In this document: one piece after another, positions 35,087-44,139 of the stretch | Layout of the letters: the number at the start of each line of letters is the position of its first letter | Position numbering within the stretch: position 1 is the stretch's first letter | Origin: Planobispora longispora | Lineage (GTDB): Bacteria; Actinomycetota; Actinomycetes; Streptosporangiales; Streptosporangiaceae | DNA: 64,000 bases | Assembly: GCF_016863135.1 (NCBI RefSeq) | Contig: NZ_BOOH01000011.1 | Coordinates: forward strand, 43,141-107,140 | Direction: 5' to 3' | Translations under genes and position numbers: made by a program | Notes under the pieces: model-generated | Database searches by the model: none | The model's input: only the letters and a program-made list of their open reading frames with translations | Told to the model about the DNA's origin: nothing

Positions 35087-36670
35087 ATGACCGCGATCGC
35101 CCAGCAGGCGTCCCGGCGCCGCACGTTCGCGGTGATCAGCCATCCCGACGCCGGAAAGTCCACCATGACCGAGGCGCTGGCGCTGCACGCCTCCGCCATC
35201 ACCGAGGCCGGCGCCGTGCACGGCAAGGCCGGCCGGCGTGGCGTGACCTCCGACTGGATGGACATGGAGAAGGCCCGCGGCATCTCCATCACCTCGGCCG
35301 CCCTCCGGTTCGAGTACCGCGACCACGTCTTCAACCTCGTCGACACGCCGGGCCACGCCGACTTCTCCGAGGACACCTACCGGGTGCTGGCCGCCGTCGA
35401 CTGCGCGGTCATGCTGCTGGACGCCGCCAAGGGCATGGAGCCGCAGACCCTGAAGCTGTTCGAGGTCTGCCGCCACCGCCGCATCCCGGTCATCACGTTC
35501 ATCAACAAGTGGGACCGCCCCGGCCGCGAGGCGCTGGAGCTGCTGGACGAGATCGAGGAGCGGACCGGCCTGCGCCCGACCCCGATCACCTGGCCCATCG
35601 GCACCGGCGGCTTCTTCCACGGGGTGATCGACCGGATCGGCGGCCAGGCCGTCCGCTACACCCGGACCCCGGGCGGCGCCACCAAGGCCATCGAGACCGA
35701 GCTCACCCCCGAGCGGGCCCTCGCCGAGATCGGGGAAGACTGGGAGCGGGCCAGGGAGGAGGCCGACCTCCTCACGGAGATCGGCTCCGACCACGACCAG
35801 AAGGCCTTCGAGGCCCACGAGTCGACCCCGGTGCTGTTCGGCGCGGCCCTGTCCAACTTCGGCGTCGGCCGCCTGCTGGACGCGATGGTGGACATCGCCC
35901 CCGCGCCCGCGCCCCGTCCCGACGTGAACGACGACCCGCGCCCGCTGGAGGAGCCCTTCGCCGGCCTGGTCTTCAAGGTCCAGGCCAACATGGACCCCTC
36001 GCACCGCGACCGGATCGCTTTCGTCCGGGTCTGCTCCGGCCGCTTCGAGCGCGGCATGGTGCTGACCCACGCGGCGACCGGGCGCCCGTTCGCCACCAAG
36101 TACGCCCAGTCGGTCTTCGGCCAGGAGCGCGCCACGATCGACGAGGCGTTCCCCGGAGACGTGATCGGCCTGGTCAACGCCACGGCGCTGCGTCCCGGCG
36201 ACACCCTCTACGAGGGCCCCGCGGTCGAGTTCCCGAAGATCCCGAGCTTCGCGCCCGAGCACTTCTGGACCGCCCGGGTCCGCGACTCCAGCCGCTCCAA
36301 GCAGTTCCGCAAGGGCATCGAGCAGATGGAGGGGGAGGGCGTCGTCCAGGTGCTCCGCTCCGAGATCCGGGGCGACCAGTCGCCGGTGCTCGCGGCGGTC
36401 GGCCCCATGCAGTTCGACGTGGTCAAGCACCGGCTGGCCGGGGAGTTCAACACCGAGATCGCCCTGGACCGGCTCGACTTCAGCCTCGCCCGGCTCACCG
36501 ACGCCGAGTCCGCGCCGATCCTGGCCCGCCAGCGCGGCGTGGAGGTCTTCACCCGGACCCTCGACGGGGCGCTGCTGGCGCTGTTCACCGACGAGTGGCG
36601 GATGCGCGGGGTGCTGCGTGACCACCCGGACCTGGTGCTGGAACCGCTGCTCGCCGACACCCGCGGCTGA
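35087..36670 (+). CDS. prfC: peptide chain release factor 3
   Basis: G1 AVISHPDAGKST, G3 DTPGHADF and G4 NKWD in a 527-aa translational GTPase with RF3-like C-terminal domains. RBS AAGGAG. Confidence 0.9.
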   Translation: MTAIAQQASRRRTFAVISHPDAGKSTMTEALALHASAITEAGAVHGKAGRRGVTSDWMDMEKARGISITSAALRFEYRDHVFNLVDTPGHADFSEDTYRVLAAVDCAVMLLDAAKGMEPQTLKLFEVCRHRRIPVITFINKWDRPGREALELLDEIEERTGLRPTPITWPIGTGGFFHGVIDRIGGQAVRYTRTPGGATKAIETELTPERALAEIGEDWERAREEADLLTEIGSDHDQKAFEAHESTPVLFGAALSNFGVGRLLDAMVDIAPAPAPRPDVNDDPRPLEEPFAGLVFKVQANMDPSHRDRIAFVRVCSGRFERGMVLTHAATGRPFATKYAQSVFGQERATIDEAFPGDVIGLVNATALRPGDTLYEGPAVEFPKIPSFAPEHFWTARVRDSSRSKQFRKGIEQMEGEGVVQVLRSEIRGDQSPVLAAVGPMQFDVVKHRLAGEFNTEIALDRLDFSLARLTDAESAPILARQRGVEVFTRTLDGALLALFTDEWRMRGVLRDHPDLVLEPLLADTRG

Positions 36671-36689
36671 TCCGCGGGCCGCGTGCGCG

Positions 36690-36870
36690 GTCTCCGGCTG
36701 CCCGCCGCACCGCCTGCGCCCGGCCTTCGGGCGTTCGCCGTACCGCCTGCGCCCGGCCTTCGGGCGCCCGCCGTACCGCTCGCGTGGCCTCCCGCTCGGC
36801 GAGCGGTACGGCGAGCGGTACGGCGAGCAGCCGTGGGAGCGTTCCCACGAAGCGGTGTGACGTGGTGTGA
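36690..36870. repeat. complex direct and inverted repeats downstream of prfC
   Basis: Two copies of CCGCCTGCGCCCGGCCTTCGGGCGYYCGCCGTA. CGCCGTACCGC x2 faces GCGGTACGGCG x2 as inverted partners. Confidence 0.45.
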
Positions 36871-36879
36871 TAGGGCGCT

Positions 36880-37860
36880 ATGAGCACGATTAAGTGGGGA
36901 ATCCTCGCCACCGGCGGCATCGCCGCGACCTTCACCGAGGACCTGAAGCTGCTGCCCGGCGCCGAGGTGGCGGCGGTCGGGTCCCGCTCGGCCGAGAGCG
37001 CCGCGGCGTTCGCCGACCGGTACGGCATTCCCCGCGCCCACGGCAGCTGGGCCGAGCTGGCCGCCGACCCGGACGTGGACGTCATCTACGTCGCCACCCC
37101 CCACAACGCCCACTACGAGGCGGTCAGGCTCTGCCTGGAGGCGGGCAAGGCCGTCCTGTGCGAGAAGGCGTTCACGCTCAACCGCGCCCAGGCCGCCGAA
37201 CTGGTGGACCTGGCGCGCGAGCGCGGCCTCTTCCTGATGGAGGCCATGTGGATGCGGTGCAACCCGGCCATCAGGAAGATCGTCGAGCTGGTCGGCGAGG
37301 GCGCGATCGGCCCGGTGAGCACCGTGCACGCCGACTTCGGGCTCTCCGTCGCCGTCGAGCCCGGCCACCGGCTGCGCAACCCGGAGCTGGGCGGCGGGGC
37401 CCTGCTCGACCTGGGCGTCTACCCGATCTCCTTCGCCCACATGCTGCTCGGCGCTCCCGCGAAGGTGCAGTCCTGGTCCCACCTGACCCCCGAGGGCGTG
37501 GACGAGAACACCGGCATGCTGTTCGGCTACTCCGGCGGCGCCGTCGCGCTGCTGTCCTGCGGCATCGGCACGCACAGCCCGGTCACCGCGTCGGTCTCCG
37601 GCCCGCTCGGCCGCATCGAGCTGCCGCACCTGTTCTTCCGCCCCGACGTCTTCACCCTCTACCGCACCGGCGGCGAGCCGGAGACCTTCCACGTCCCCTA
37701 TGACGGCAACGGCATGAACCACGAGGCCGCCGAGGCCATGCGCTGCCTGCGGGAAGGGCTCCTGGAGAGCCCGCTCGTGCCCTGGCAGGCGACGCTCGAG
37801 GTGATGGGCCTCATGGACGAGATCCGCGCCCAGGCGGGGGTGCGCTTCCCCGGGGAGTGA
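36880..37860 (+). CDS. Gfo/Idh/MocA-family NAD(P)-dependent oxidoreductase
   Basis: KWGILATGGIAATFTEDL Rossmann N-terminus and EKAF consensus (CEKAFTLN). Confidence 0.85.
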   Translation: MSTIKWGILATGGIAATFTEDLKLLPGAEVAAVGSRSAESAAAFADRYGIPRAHGSWAELAADPDVDVIYVATPHNAHYEAVRLCLEAGKAVLCEKAFTLNRAQAAELVDLARERGLFLMEAMWMRCNPAIRKIVELVGEGAIGPVSTVHADFGLSVAVEPGHRLRNPELGGGALLDLGVYPISFAHMLLGAPAKVQSWSHLTPEGVDENTGMLFGYSGGAVALLSCGIGTHSPVTASVSGPLGRIELPHLFFRPDVFTLYRTGGEPETFHVPYDGNGMNHEAAEAMRCLREGLLESPLVPWQATLEVMGLMDEIRAQAGVRFPGE

Positions 37861-37873
37861 CCCGCCCCGCCGG

Positions 37874-38482
37874 TCAGACGGGTTTCCAGTCGTGGCGCTC
37901 CAGGAAGGCGCGGTTGTCCACGGCGTACTCGGCGAAGGCCGTGCGGACCGTCTTCAGCTCCGGGACGTGGGTGCGGAACATCAGGTTCCGGACGCTGTCC
38001 TTGTACTCCAGCTCGTAGCCGGTGATCTCCGGGGACGCCTGGACGAAGTGCTGGCCGAAGACGACCAGCGCGACGAACGGGTTCTGCGGGCCCATGGTGT
38101 CCAGGGTGTCGTGGACCAGCTGGAGGTCGGGGTCGATCACGATCATGCCGTCGCCCGTGTGCATCTGCATGCCCGGGTAGGAGCCCAGCGGCTGCAGGTT
38201 GTGCACCAGCCGCCGCTGCGGGTCGTAGCAGACCAGCCCGCACTCGCGGGCCAGCTCGAAGGCCGCGCCCGCCACCTCGTCGGCCCGTTCCGGCGCGACG
38301 CTGACGAGAGCGTAGCCGGGCGCGGCCTGCTCGGCCTCGGCCAGCCGCCCGGCGAACGCCGCCACCCCGGGGTGCGGCGCGACGGCTTCGGGCTCGCCCC
38401 TGCGGAGCGCCCGGAAGGTGTGCTCCGCGTGCTCCCTGGTGATCGGCTCGGGCGTGTGCCAGACGGCCAGTTCGAAGTTCAC
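37874..38482 (-). CDS. hypothetical protein (202 aa, no recognised family)
   Basis: Good high-GC third-position bias and convergent placement. No motif recognised. Confidence 0.45.
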   Translation of the reverse strand: MNFELAVWHTPEPITREHAEHTFRALRRGEPEAVAPHPGVAAFAGRLAEAEQAAPGYALVSVAPERADEVAGAAFELARECGLVCYDPQRRLVHNLQPLGSYPGMQMHTGDGMIVIDPDLQLVHDTLDTMGPQNPFVALVVFGQHFVQASPEITGYELEYKDSVRNLMFRTHVPELKTVRTAFAEYAVDNRAFLERHDWKPV

Positions 38483-38709
38483 GGGTCCATCGTCCTACAG
38501 CGTGCTCTCCTGTGGCAGTCCGGGCACCGCCATCGCCGTCGCCGGACGGCTGCCACCGGTGTTTATGGGGTGGTTTTAACCCTTTTGACCTGGGATTTCA
38601 TCGAGCCGCAAGCACCGGGCAAGTCCGTCGGAGCAGACTCCCGATCAGAAACCGCCCCGGACGAGGAGGGGCACGTGCTGACGGGGTGGAACAGGTGAAC
38701 GGAGTTTCG

Positions 38710-40503
38710 ATGCGGCGGCTGGCCGCGGTGGCGGCGCTGGCCGTGGCGGGGGCACTGGGATCCGCCGGCGCGGCGACCGCCGGGACCGAGCCGGTCCCCG
38801 CGGCGACGCTGATCGCGGCGAAGGCGAACCCCGCCGTGCAGCTGATCAAGACGACCTACTCGGGCCGGGTCACGGTGCCCACCGCGGCCTCGAAGAAGTC
38901 GTTCGACGAACTGCTGGACGAGGCGCAGAAGCAGGCGCGCAAGGGACGGATCCCCTCCGACAACCTGAGCATCGCCAAGTGGGCGTTCGGCAAGCTCGCC
39001 GCCGACCCCGGCAAGTACCTCAAGACCGGCAAGCCGGAGCGCACCGAGGACGTCACGTTCTCCGGGACGTGCACGGGCTGGTGGATCACCCCCGACGGCC
39101 ACATGGTCACCGCCGGGCACTGCGTCCAGAACACCCCCGCCCAGATCGAGGCCGGTTTCGCGGAGTACGGCCTGGCCGACCTCACCAAGAAGGACGTCGA
39201 GGCCGCGCTGAAGGACCTCATGGGCTCGGTCGAGCCCGACAAGGAGCTCACCGACCTGGTGACCAAGGTCTTCGTCACCTTCAACACCGACAACCTCCGG
39301 GTGTCGGACGCGAAGGTGAAGTACGAGCTGGTCCTGCCGCTCCCGGGCGGAGGCATGAACGCGACCTCCACCCACCTGCCGATCGAGCTCGTCGCCGTGA
39401 ACGGCACGGGCGGCCCCGGCAAGGACGTCGCCCTGCTCAAGCTCGACGGCGCCCGCAACCTGCCCACCGTGCCGCTCGGCACCGACGGCGACGTGCGGGT
39501 CGGCAACGCGCTCTACGCTGTCGGCTTCCCGGGGACGGTCAACCGCGACGAGAGCCTGACCGAGAAGTCCCGGCTGTATCCCGCGATCACCGAGGGCGCC
39601 TACAGCGCCCTGCGGGAGACCACCCTGGGCGTGCCGTACATCCAGGCGCAGACGCCCATCTACGGCGGCAACTCCGGTGGACCGGTCTTCAACTCCGAGG
39701 GCAAGGTCGTCGCGCTCGTCTCCGCCACGTACCTCAACGAGACCATGACCGAACGCCAGGAGAACCAGAGCGTGTTCTTCCCCGTCGGTCAGATCCGCGA
39801 GTTCCTCGAGGCCCAGGGGGTCACCCCCCAGGAGTCGCCCGCCACCCGGACCTACGACGCCGCGCTGGCCGACTTCTTCGCCGACCGGTACAGCCCCGCC
39901 CTCGCGGGCTTCAAGCAGACGCTCGACCTCTACCCGCTGCACCCGTACGCCGCCGGCTACATCAAGGAGTCGGAGGAGGCCATCGCCGCCGGCCGGGACA
40001 CCTCGTCCGGCGCGCCGCCGGCCTCCCCGCAGCCCGACGCGGCCGCCCCGGACGCGTCCGCGACCTCGACACCCGGCACCGCCGCGGTGAACGCCGACGC
40101 GTCACCGGCCCCCGTTCCCTCCATCGAGGCCGAGCCGGTCGCGGCCGAGGAAGGGCTGATGAGCAAGCCGATGGCGCTCGTCGGCATCTTCGGCAGCGCG
40201 CTGCTGGTGCTCTTCATGCTCGGCGGCCTGCTCATGGCTCTCCACCGCCGCAAGCTCGCCCCGGCCGGGGTCCCGGCGCTCCAGGTCCCTGTGGCCGCCC
40301 CCGCCCCGGCCGCCCCGCCGGCCCCCTTCCCGTTCGGCCCGGGTACCCCCGCCCCTCAGGCGGCTCCGTCGGCCGCACCGTACGCCCCGGCCCCGAGCAC
40401 GCCCGACCCCACCGCGACCCGCGTCTACCCCCGGAACCCGGGCACCCCGTACGGCAACGCCCCGGTCCCGCCGTCCCAGAACGGCCACCCCGGTCAACTC
40501 TGA
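38710..40503 (+). CDS. secreted trypsin-like (S1) serine protease with C-terminal TM anchor and Pro/Ala-rich tail
   Basis: Signal peptide, His site TAGHC, Ser site GNSGGPV, late TM segment (ALVGIFGSALLVLFMLGGLLMAL), then a PAPAAP-rich C-terminus. RBS GGAG. Confidence 0.8.
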   Translation: MRRLAAVAALAVAGALGSAGAATAGTEPVPAATLIAAKANPAVQLIKTTYSGRVTVPTAASKKSFDELLDEAQKQARKGRIPSDNLSIAKWAFGKLAADPGKYLKTGKPERTEDVTFSGTCTGWWITPDGHMVTAGHCVQNTPAQIEAGFAEYGLADLTKKDVEAALKDLMGSVEPDKELTDLVTKVFVTFNTDNLRVSDAKVKYELVLPLPGGGMNATSTHLPIELVAVNGTGGPGKDVALLKLDGARNLPTVPLGTDGDVRVGNALYAVGFPGTVNRDESLTEKSRLYPAITEGAYSALRETTLGVPYIQAQTPIYGGNSGGPVFNSEGKVVALVSATYLNETMTERQENQSVFFPVGQIREFLEAQGVTPQESPATRTYDAALADFFADRYSPALAGFKQTLDLYPLHPYAAGYIKESEEAIAAGRDTSSGAPPASPQPDAAAPDASATSTPGTAAVNADASPAPVPSIEAEPVAAEEGLMSKPMALVGIFGSALLVLFMLGGLLMALHRRKLAPAGVPALQVPVAAPAPAAPPAPFPFGPGTPAPQAAPSAAPYAPAPSTPDPTATRVYPRNPGTPYGNAPVPPSQNGHPGQL

Positions 40504-40590
40504 CCCACGACCGGGACCGCACGATCCCCGAAGACTCCGCCGCCACCGGAGGCCATCTCGGCCGGTGGCGGCGGAGGCCGTTGTCGGCCC

Positions 40591-40845
40591 TCAGGGGCGA
40601 CGGCGAGAGAACAGGCGTGCCCTGCGCCGGGCACGCCTGAACCAGGCGATATCGAACCGCCCACGCCGTACGGCCCGCACGAAGGCTGCCCACTCGTCAG
40701 CAGTGAACGTCAGGACCGATCCGGTACCGTCGTCCTTGCTGTCGCGCACCCCCACTCGGCTGCCGTCGAAAGCCAACTCCACACAGCTTCCGCCGTTGCA
40801 CGGCCGGTGCCAGGCGCTGGGGTTGAACGGAGTTTTCCCCGTCAT
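40591..40845 (-). CDS. DUF397 domain protein (copy 1, C-terminally extended)
   Basis: SAWHRPCNGGSCVELAFDGSRVGVRDSKDDGTGSVLTFTADEWAAFVRAVRRGRFD fits the DUF397 pattern (W.KSS.C..G.CVEVA...VRDSK...G..L.F....W.AF). RBS GGGAGAG. Confidence 0.65.
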   Translation of the reverse strand: MTGKTPFNPSAWHRPCNGGSCVELAFDGSRVGVRDSKDDGTGSVLTFTADEWAAFVRAVRRGRFDIAWFRRARRRARLFSRRRP

Positions 40846-40936
40846 GCGCTCTCCCGAAAAGATCGACTACACGGAGATGGGGCGCAATGTCGGAAGTATC
40901 ATAATATACGTTTTTATAAATTTAATGTCTCTTTTA

Positions 40937-40969
40937 GGTGTTAAAGGTACCGGGGTCGAGGGAGTCGGC
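40937..40969. terminator. 9-bp stem hairpin downstream of DUF397 copy 2
   Basis: GGTACCGGGG-(13 nt)-CCCCGGTACC, followed on the minus strand by CTTTAA and AT-rich sequence. Confidence 0.45.
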
Positions 40970-40990
40970 CCCGGTACGGCGCCGGACCCG

Positions 40991-41203
40991 CTAAGAGGGG
41001 TCGTGTTCCCCCTGCTTGACGGCCCAGATGAACGTCGCCCACTCACTGTGGGAGTACGTCAGCGTGCCATTGTCCGGGGCCTTGGAATCCCGGACGGCGA
41101 TCAAGTCTCCGGTGAAGGCGACTTGGACACAGTTTCCTCCGTTGCAGTGGGAGGAAGTGTGCCACTCCAGTGAAGGAGTGCCGGGACTTTGCGGTGAGCC
41201 CAT
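40991..41203 (-). CDS. DUF397 domain protein (copy 2, 70 aa)
   Basis: LEWHTSSHCNGGNCVQVAFTGDLIAVRDSKAPDNGTLTYSHSEWATFIWAVKQGEHD. ATG has AGGAG 5 nt upstream; the track TTG extension was rejected. Confidence 0.75.
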   Translation of the reverse strand: MGSPQSPGTPSLEWHTSSHCNGGNCVQVAFTGDLIAVRDSKAPDNGTLTYSHSEWATFIWAVKQGEHDPS

Positions 41204-41478
41204 TGAAACTCCTGGGGTCGGATGGAACAATGATGCTTCTTAGTTCAGGAGTTTTCAGAGCCGATCAACATTCGGTGATCAGCGATGTCGCAGACTTGAC
41301 CTCTGCGTACGTAAAAGGTGTCGTCACCGAGATCGCGGTTCCCTGTGCCCGGTCGGTGGGTCGCTGCCGCCGAGGTCGGGTGCTTATTTTACAAGGTTGC
41401 CTGCTGAATTCCGGGTGGATGTGTTCTGTAAATTATTGGACTGTGCGGCCTGGGTTCCGTAGAATCAGCCCGCGTGAC

Positions 41479-41509
41479 GAGCCGAGGCCCGTACGGAAGG
41501 CCTCGGCTC
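41479..41509. terminator. perfect 11-bp stem hairpin downstream of DUF397 copy 3
   Basis: GAGCCGAGGCC-cgtacggaa-GGCCTCGGCTC. Confidence 0.45.
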
Positions 41510-41524
41510 TACTATCGCCCCGCG

Positions 41525-41737
41525 TCAGAGGCGCCCGTATCTATTAGTCTTGACGTCCATGATGAACGCGCGCCACTCGTCGTGTGAATAGCGCAATACG
41601 GGGCTGCCTGAGATTTTGGAGTCACGAACGAGCACGAGGTCATCGCCTATGGCGACCTCGACGCAGCCTCCCCCGTTGCAGTGACTTGACTTGTGCCAAG
41701 CTTCTGTCAAAAAGTGGACATTCTCTGGAGCTGTCAT
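41525..41737 (-). CDS. DUF397 domain protein (copy 3, 70 aa)
   Basis: EAWHKSSHCNGGGCVEVAIGDDLVLVRDSKISGSPVLRYSHDEWRAFIMDVKTNRYG. ATG has AGGAG 5 nt upstream. Confidence 0.75.
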   Translation of the reverse strand: MTAPENVHFLTEAWHKSSHCNGGGCVEVAIGDDLVLVRDSKISGSPVLRYSHDEWRAFIMDVKTNRYGRL

Positions 41738-41817
41738 CGATTCTCCTGTCGACTCTGGAATACTGGCCACCTCTCCAGGCAGCTCTTCGAGCGACATGTG
41801 TCCACTTGCGTGTCTGC

Positions 41818-42678
41818 TTATAAGGTGTATGACTGATTTGCCTCCATGATCTTCTCAAGAGACGACTGGGGGTTCAGTGCCGCTGCGCGAATGTGGTCGA
41901 TCGCCTCTCGATACTGCTTGAGGTCGCGCTCCTTCTCCAGGTACTCCGCCACGGTCAGCAATTCCAGGTGGACGATGGTCGAGACCTGCTGGTCGTCCAC
42001 CTCAAGGAGTACGAACGGATTTCCTGCCCCCATGTACGGACCAACGTTAAAAGGTATGACCTGTACGGTTACGTGAGGTAGGTTGGCTGTTTCCAAGACG
42101 GTCTGCAGCTGGGCCCTCATAATCTTGGGTCCTCCCACCGCCCTGAAGAGGGCGGCCTCGTCGATGAAGGTCCAGTATCGAGGCGGGTTCTCCTTTGTCA
42201 GGATGTGCTTTCTTCCCATGCGGGCCGTTACTCGTCTGTTCAGCACATCCTCGGGTATCAGTGGAAGCAGTCCGCGGATGAGGGCCCGCGCGTAGTCTTC
42301 GGTCTGCAGGAGGCCGGGGATGTAGGCCGTCTGGAATTCGGTGATCGACTGAGAGACCTCTTCAAGCTCCATATAGGTGTAGAGAGCGTCGTCGCCGAGG
42401 TCTCCGTACTCCTGCTTGAGGCCTGGCTGGCGTATTTCGCGCGCCAGTGTCATCAGATGATCAATCAATTTCTGATCGGTTATCCCGTAGATCCTGCAGA
42501 GATCCCGTACGTCTCGCTGACTGGCCGGGCGCTGCGCCGTCTCGATGCGGCTGATCTTAGGCGGGCTGCAGAGCAGTTCCTGTGCTACTTGCTCAACCGT
42601 AAGGCCAGTGTTTTTACGTAACTCGCGCAACTTCCCAGCCAATTGACGCCGACGAAGGGTCACATTGGTTTCAGCCAT
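41818..42678 (-). CDS. XRE-family HTH regulator with DUF5753 (Scr1-like; usual partner of DUF397)
   Basis: LRRRQLAGKLRELRKNTGLTVEQVAQELLCSPPKISRIETAQR is an XRE HTH, followed by a DUF5753-type C-terminal domain. Start at internal ATG (MAETN). Confidence 0.8.
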   Translation of the reverse strand: MAETNVTLRRRQLAGKLRELRKNTGLTVEQVAQELLCSPPKISRIETAQRPASQRDVRDLCRIYGITDQKLIDHLMTLAREIRQPGLKQEYGDLGDDALYTYMELEEVSQSITEFQTAYIPGLLQTEDYARALIRGLLPLIPEDVLNRRVTARMGRKHILTKENPPRYWTFIDEAALFRAVGGPKIMRAQLQTVLETANLPHVTVQVIPFNVGPYMGAGNPFVLLEVDDQQVSTIVHLELLTVAEYLEKERDLKQYREAIDHIRAAALNPQSSLEKIMEANQSYTL

Positions 42679-42879
42679 CGCTTCACCGCCCTCCTGATGC
42701 CGCCAGCGCACTGTACTCCCAGGTGGAAGTCGATATTACCGCGTTAGCATGATCCTTCGGCAAGAACCTACGGAAAATTCTGCTGGCAAGTTTTCCTGGT
42801 AATTTCCATCTGTAGGTTGCCACAGGTACAAACCAGGGTAAAAATACATAAAGGCCCTGGTGGGCGGACCTTCAAGGGG

Positions 42880-43305
42880 GTGCTGACCTTGAAGCACCAC
42901 ATCGAGATCCGGGGCGGCCACTGGATCGGCGTACGAGGCTTGCTGATCGTCTGGCTGCGGGCGCTGGAGGACCGGATCTTCGGAGAGATCGACGCGTTCG
43001 CGTGGGTGCAGGGATGGGAGATCGACCGGCGGAGGGTGCTGCGCCGGGTCTACCGGGATCCCAGGTTCGACGCCCTGCAGGAATGCGGTCTGTGCCGGGG
43101 CGAGGGCACGACCGCCGTGAAGGAGCGGTGCCCGCTCTGCGACGGGACCGGGCGGATCGACCGGGGCGGAAGCAGAACGTCGGGACAGGGGGAGCCGGAG
43201 CTGGACACGGACACCGACGGGTGGCCGGTGCCGGAGCCCAGCGGACCACGGGCCCAGAAGTACGGCGAACGGCAGGCTCGGGAGTACGGCGAGTGGTGGG
43301 TCTAG
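42880..43305 (+). CDS. hypothetical zinc-ribbon protein
   Basis: CGLCRGEGTTAVKERCPLCDGTGRIDRGG is a CxxC...CxxC motif. Coding bias begins only after the AT-rich leader. GTG start is tentative. Confidence 0.45.
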   Translation: MLTLKHHIEIRGGHWIGVRGLLIVWLRALEDRIFGEIDAFAWVQGWEIDRRRVLRRVYRDPRFDALQECGLCRGEGTTAVKERCPLCDGTGRIDRGGSRTSGQGEPELDTDTDGWPVPEPSGPRAQKYGERQAREYGEWWV

Positions 43306-43312
43306 GTGCGTG

Positions 43313-43864
43313 ATGAGCGGTGAGGACGGCACACGCAGGCAGGTGTACGCCGGGCGGCGGGCGGCGGTCATCCCGGCCGTGCGCCCGGGGCCGCTGACCC
43401 TGGTCTGGTGGTGGCGGTACGAGATCATGCTCGCCGCCGGGTTGCCGGTGGCGTTCCTGTGGGCGGCGGGGGCGTTCGGCTGGCTCCCGGTCGTCCTGAT
43501 GGCCCTCGGGCTCGTGGCGTCGGTTTTGGTGTGGCCGACGGCGCGGCGCGAGGTGTGGGGGCGGATCCGGTGCGTGTACACCGCGCACCGGATCCGATCC
43601 GGGTGCGTCGAGGCGATCATCATGAACCGGCGTGGCCGGATCCCGGCCGTCCTGTGGACGGTGCCGACCCGGTTCGGCGAGCGGGTCTGGCTGTGGTGCC
43701 GGGCGGGCACCACGGCGGCCGACCTGGAAGGGGCGGCGGGGCTCCTGGCGTCCTGCTGCCTGGCGCCGGTGGTGCAGGTGAGCGCCCATCCCCGCTATCC
43801 CGCGCTCGTGGTCGTCGACGTGGTCCGCGACGAGAAGGCCTGGGCCGACAGCTCGATCACCTGA
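43313..43864 (+). CDS. hypothetical membrane protein
   Basis: Hydrophobic N-half (LTLVWWWRYEIMLAAGLPVAFLWAAGAFGWLPVVLMALGLVASVLVWP). Follows the zinc-ribbon gene. Confidence 0.45.
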   Translation: MSGEDGTRRQVYAGRRAAVIPAVRPGPLTLVWWWRYEIMLAAGLPVAFLWAAGAFGWLPVVLMALGLVASVLVWPTARREVWGRIRCVYTAHRIRSGCVEAIIMNRRGRIPAVLWTVPTRFGERVWLWCRAGTTAADLEGAAGLLASCCLAPVVQVSAHPRYPALVVVDVVRDEKAWADSSIT

Positions 43865-44139
43865 TGGGGCCGTCCCGGTTGCCCGCCGTACGGTGGCGCC
43901 GAAGATCGCCGTGCCGCCTCTCGCCGTACCGGCGCCGTGGGATAAGGCTGTCGCTGGGGGAGGGAATCGGGGTGGCCGAGGCAATCAGAGCGGCGGTTGG
44001 GCGGGAGTGACCGGGCGGCTGGGATGGGTGGTTGAGGGGAAGGGGTGGGGCGGGAGGGGCGAGGGGGTGGTTGGGCGGGGTGGCGGGGGGAAATGGGCGG
44101 GCGGTTACTATCGGCGCATCTGCGAGCGAGGTGGCCGGG

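Noticed and set aside
34832-36625. Upstream 598 codons of the 852-aa minus ORF containing PP2C
   Set aside because: That portion is antisense to prfC, whose GTPase motifs are unambiguous. The PP2C starts at the internal ATG (MITLRYAAGSD).
41170-41547. 125-aa + ORF in the spacer between DUF397 copies 2 and 3
   Set aside because: Lies in low-GC intergenic DNA without third-position GC bias or RBS, and overlaps the terminator hairpin. Likely non-coding.
40591-43864. Calling the DUF397 island a mobile element
   Set aside because: No integrase, transposase, att-like direct repeats or tRNA anchor are visible in the window. It is kept as an accessory-like island only.
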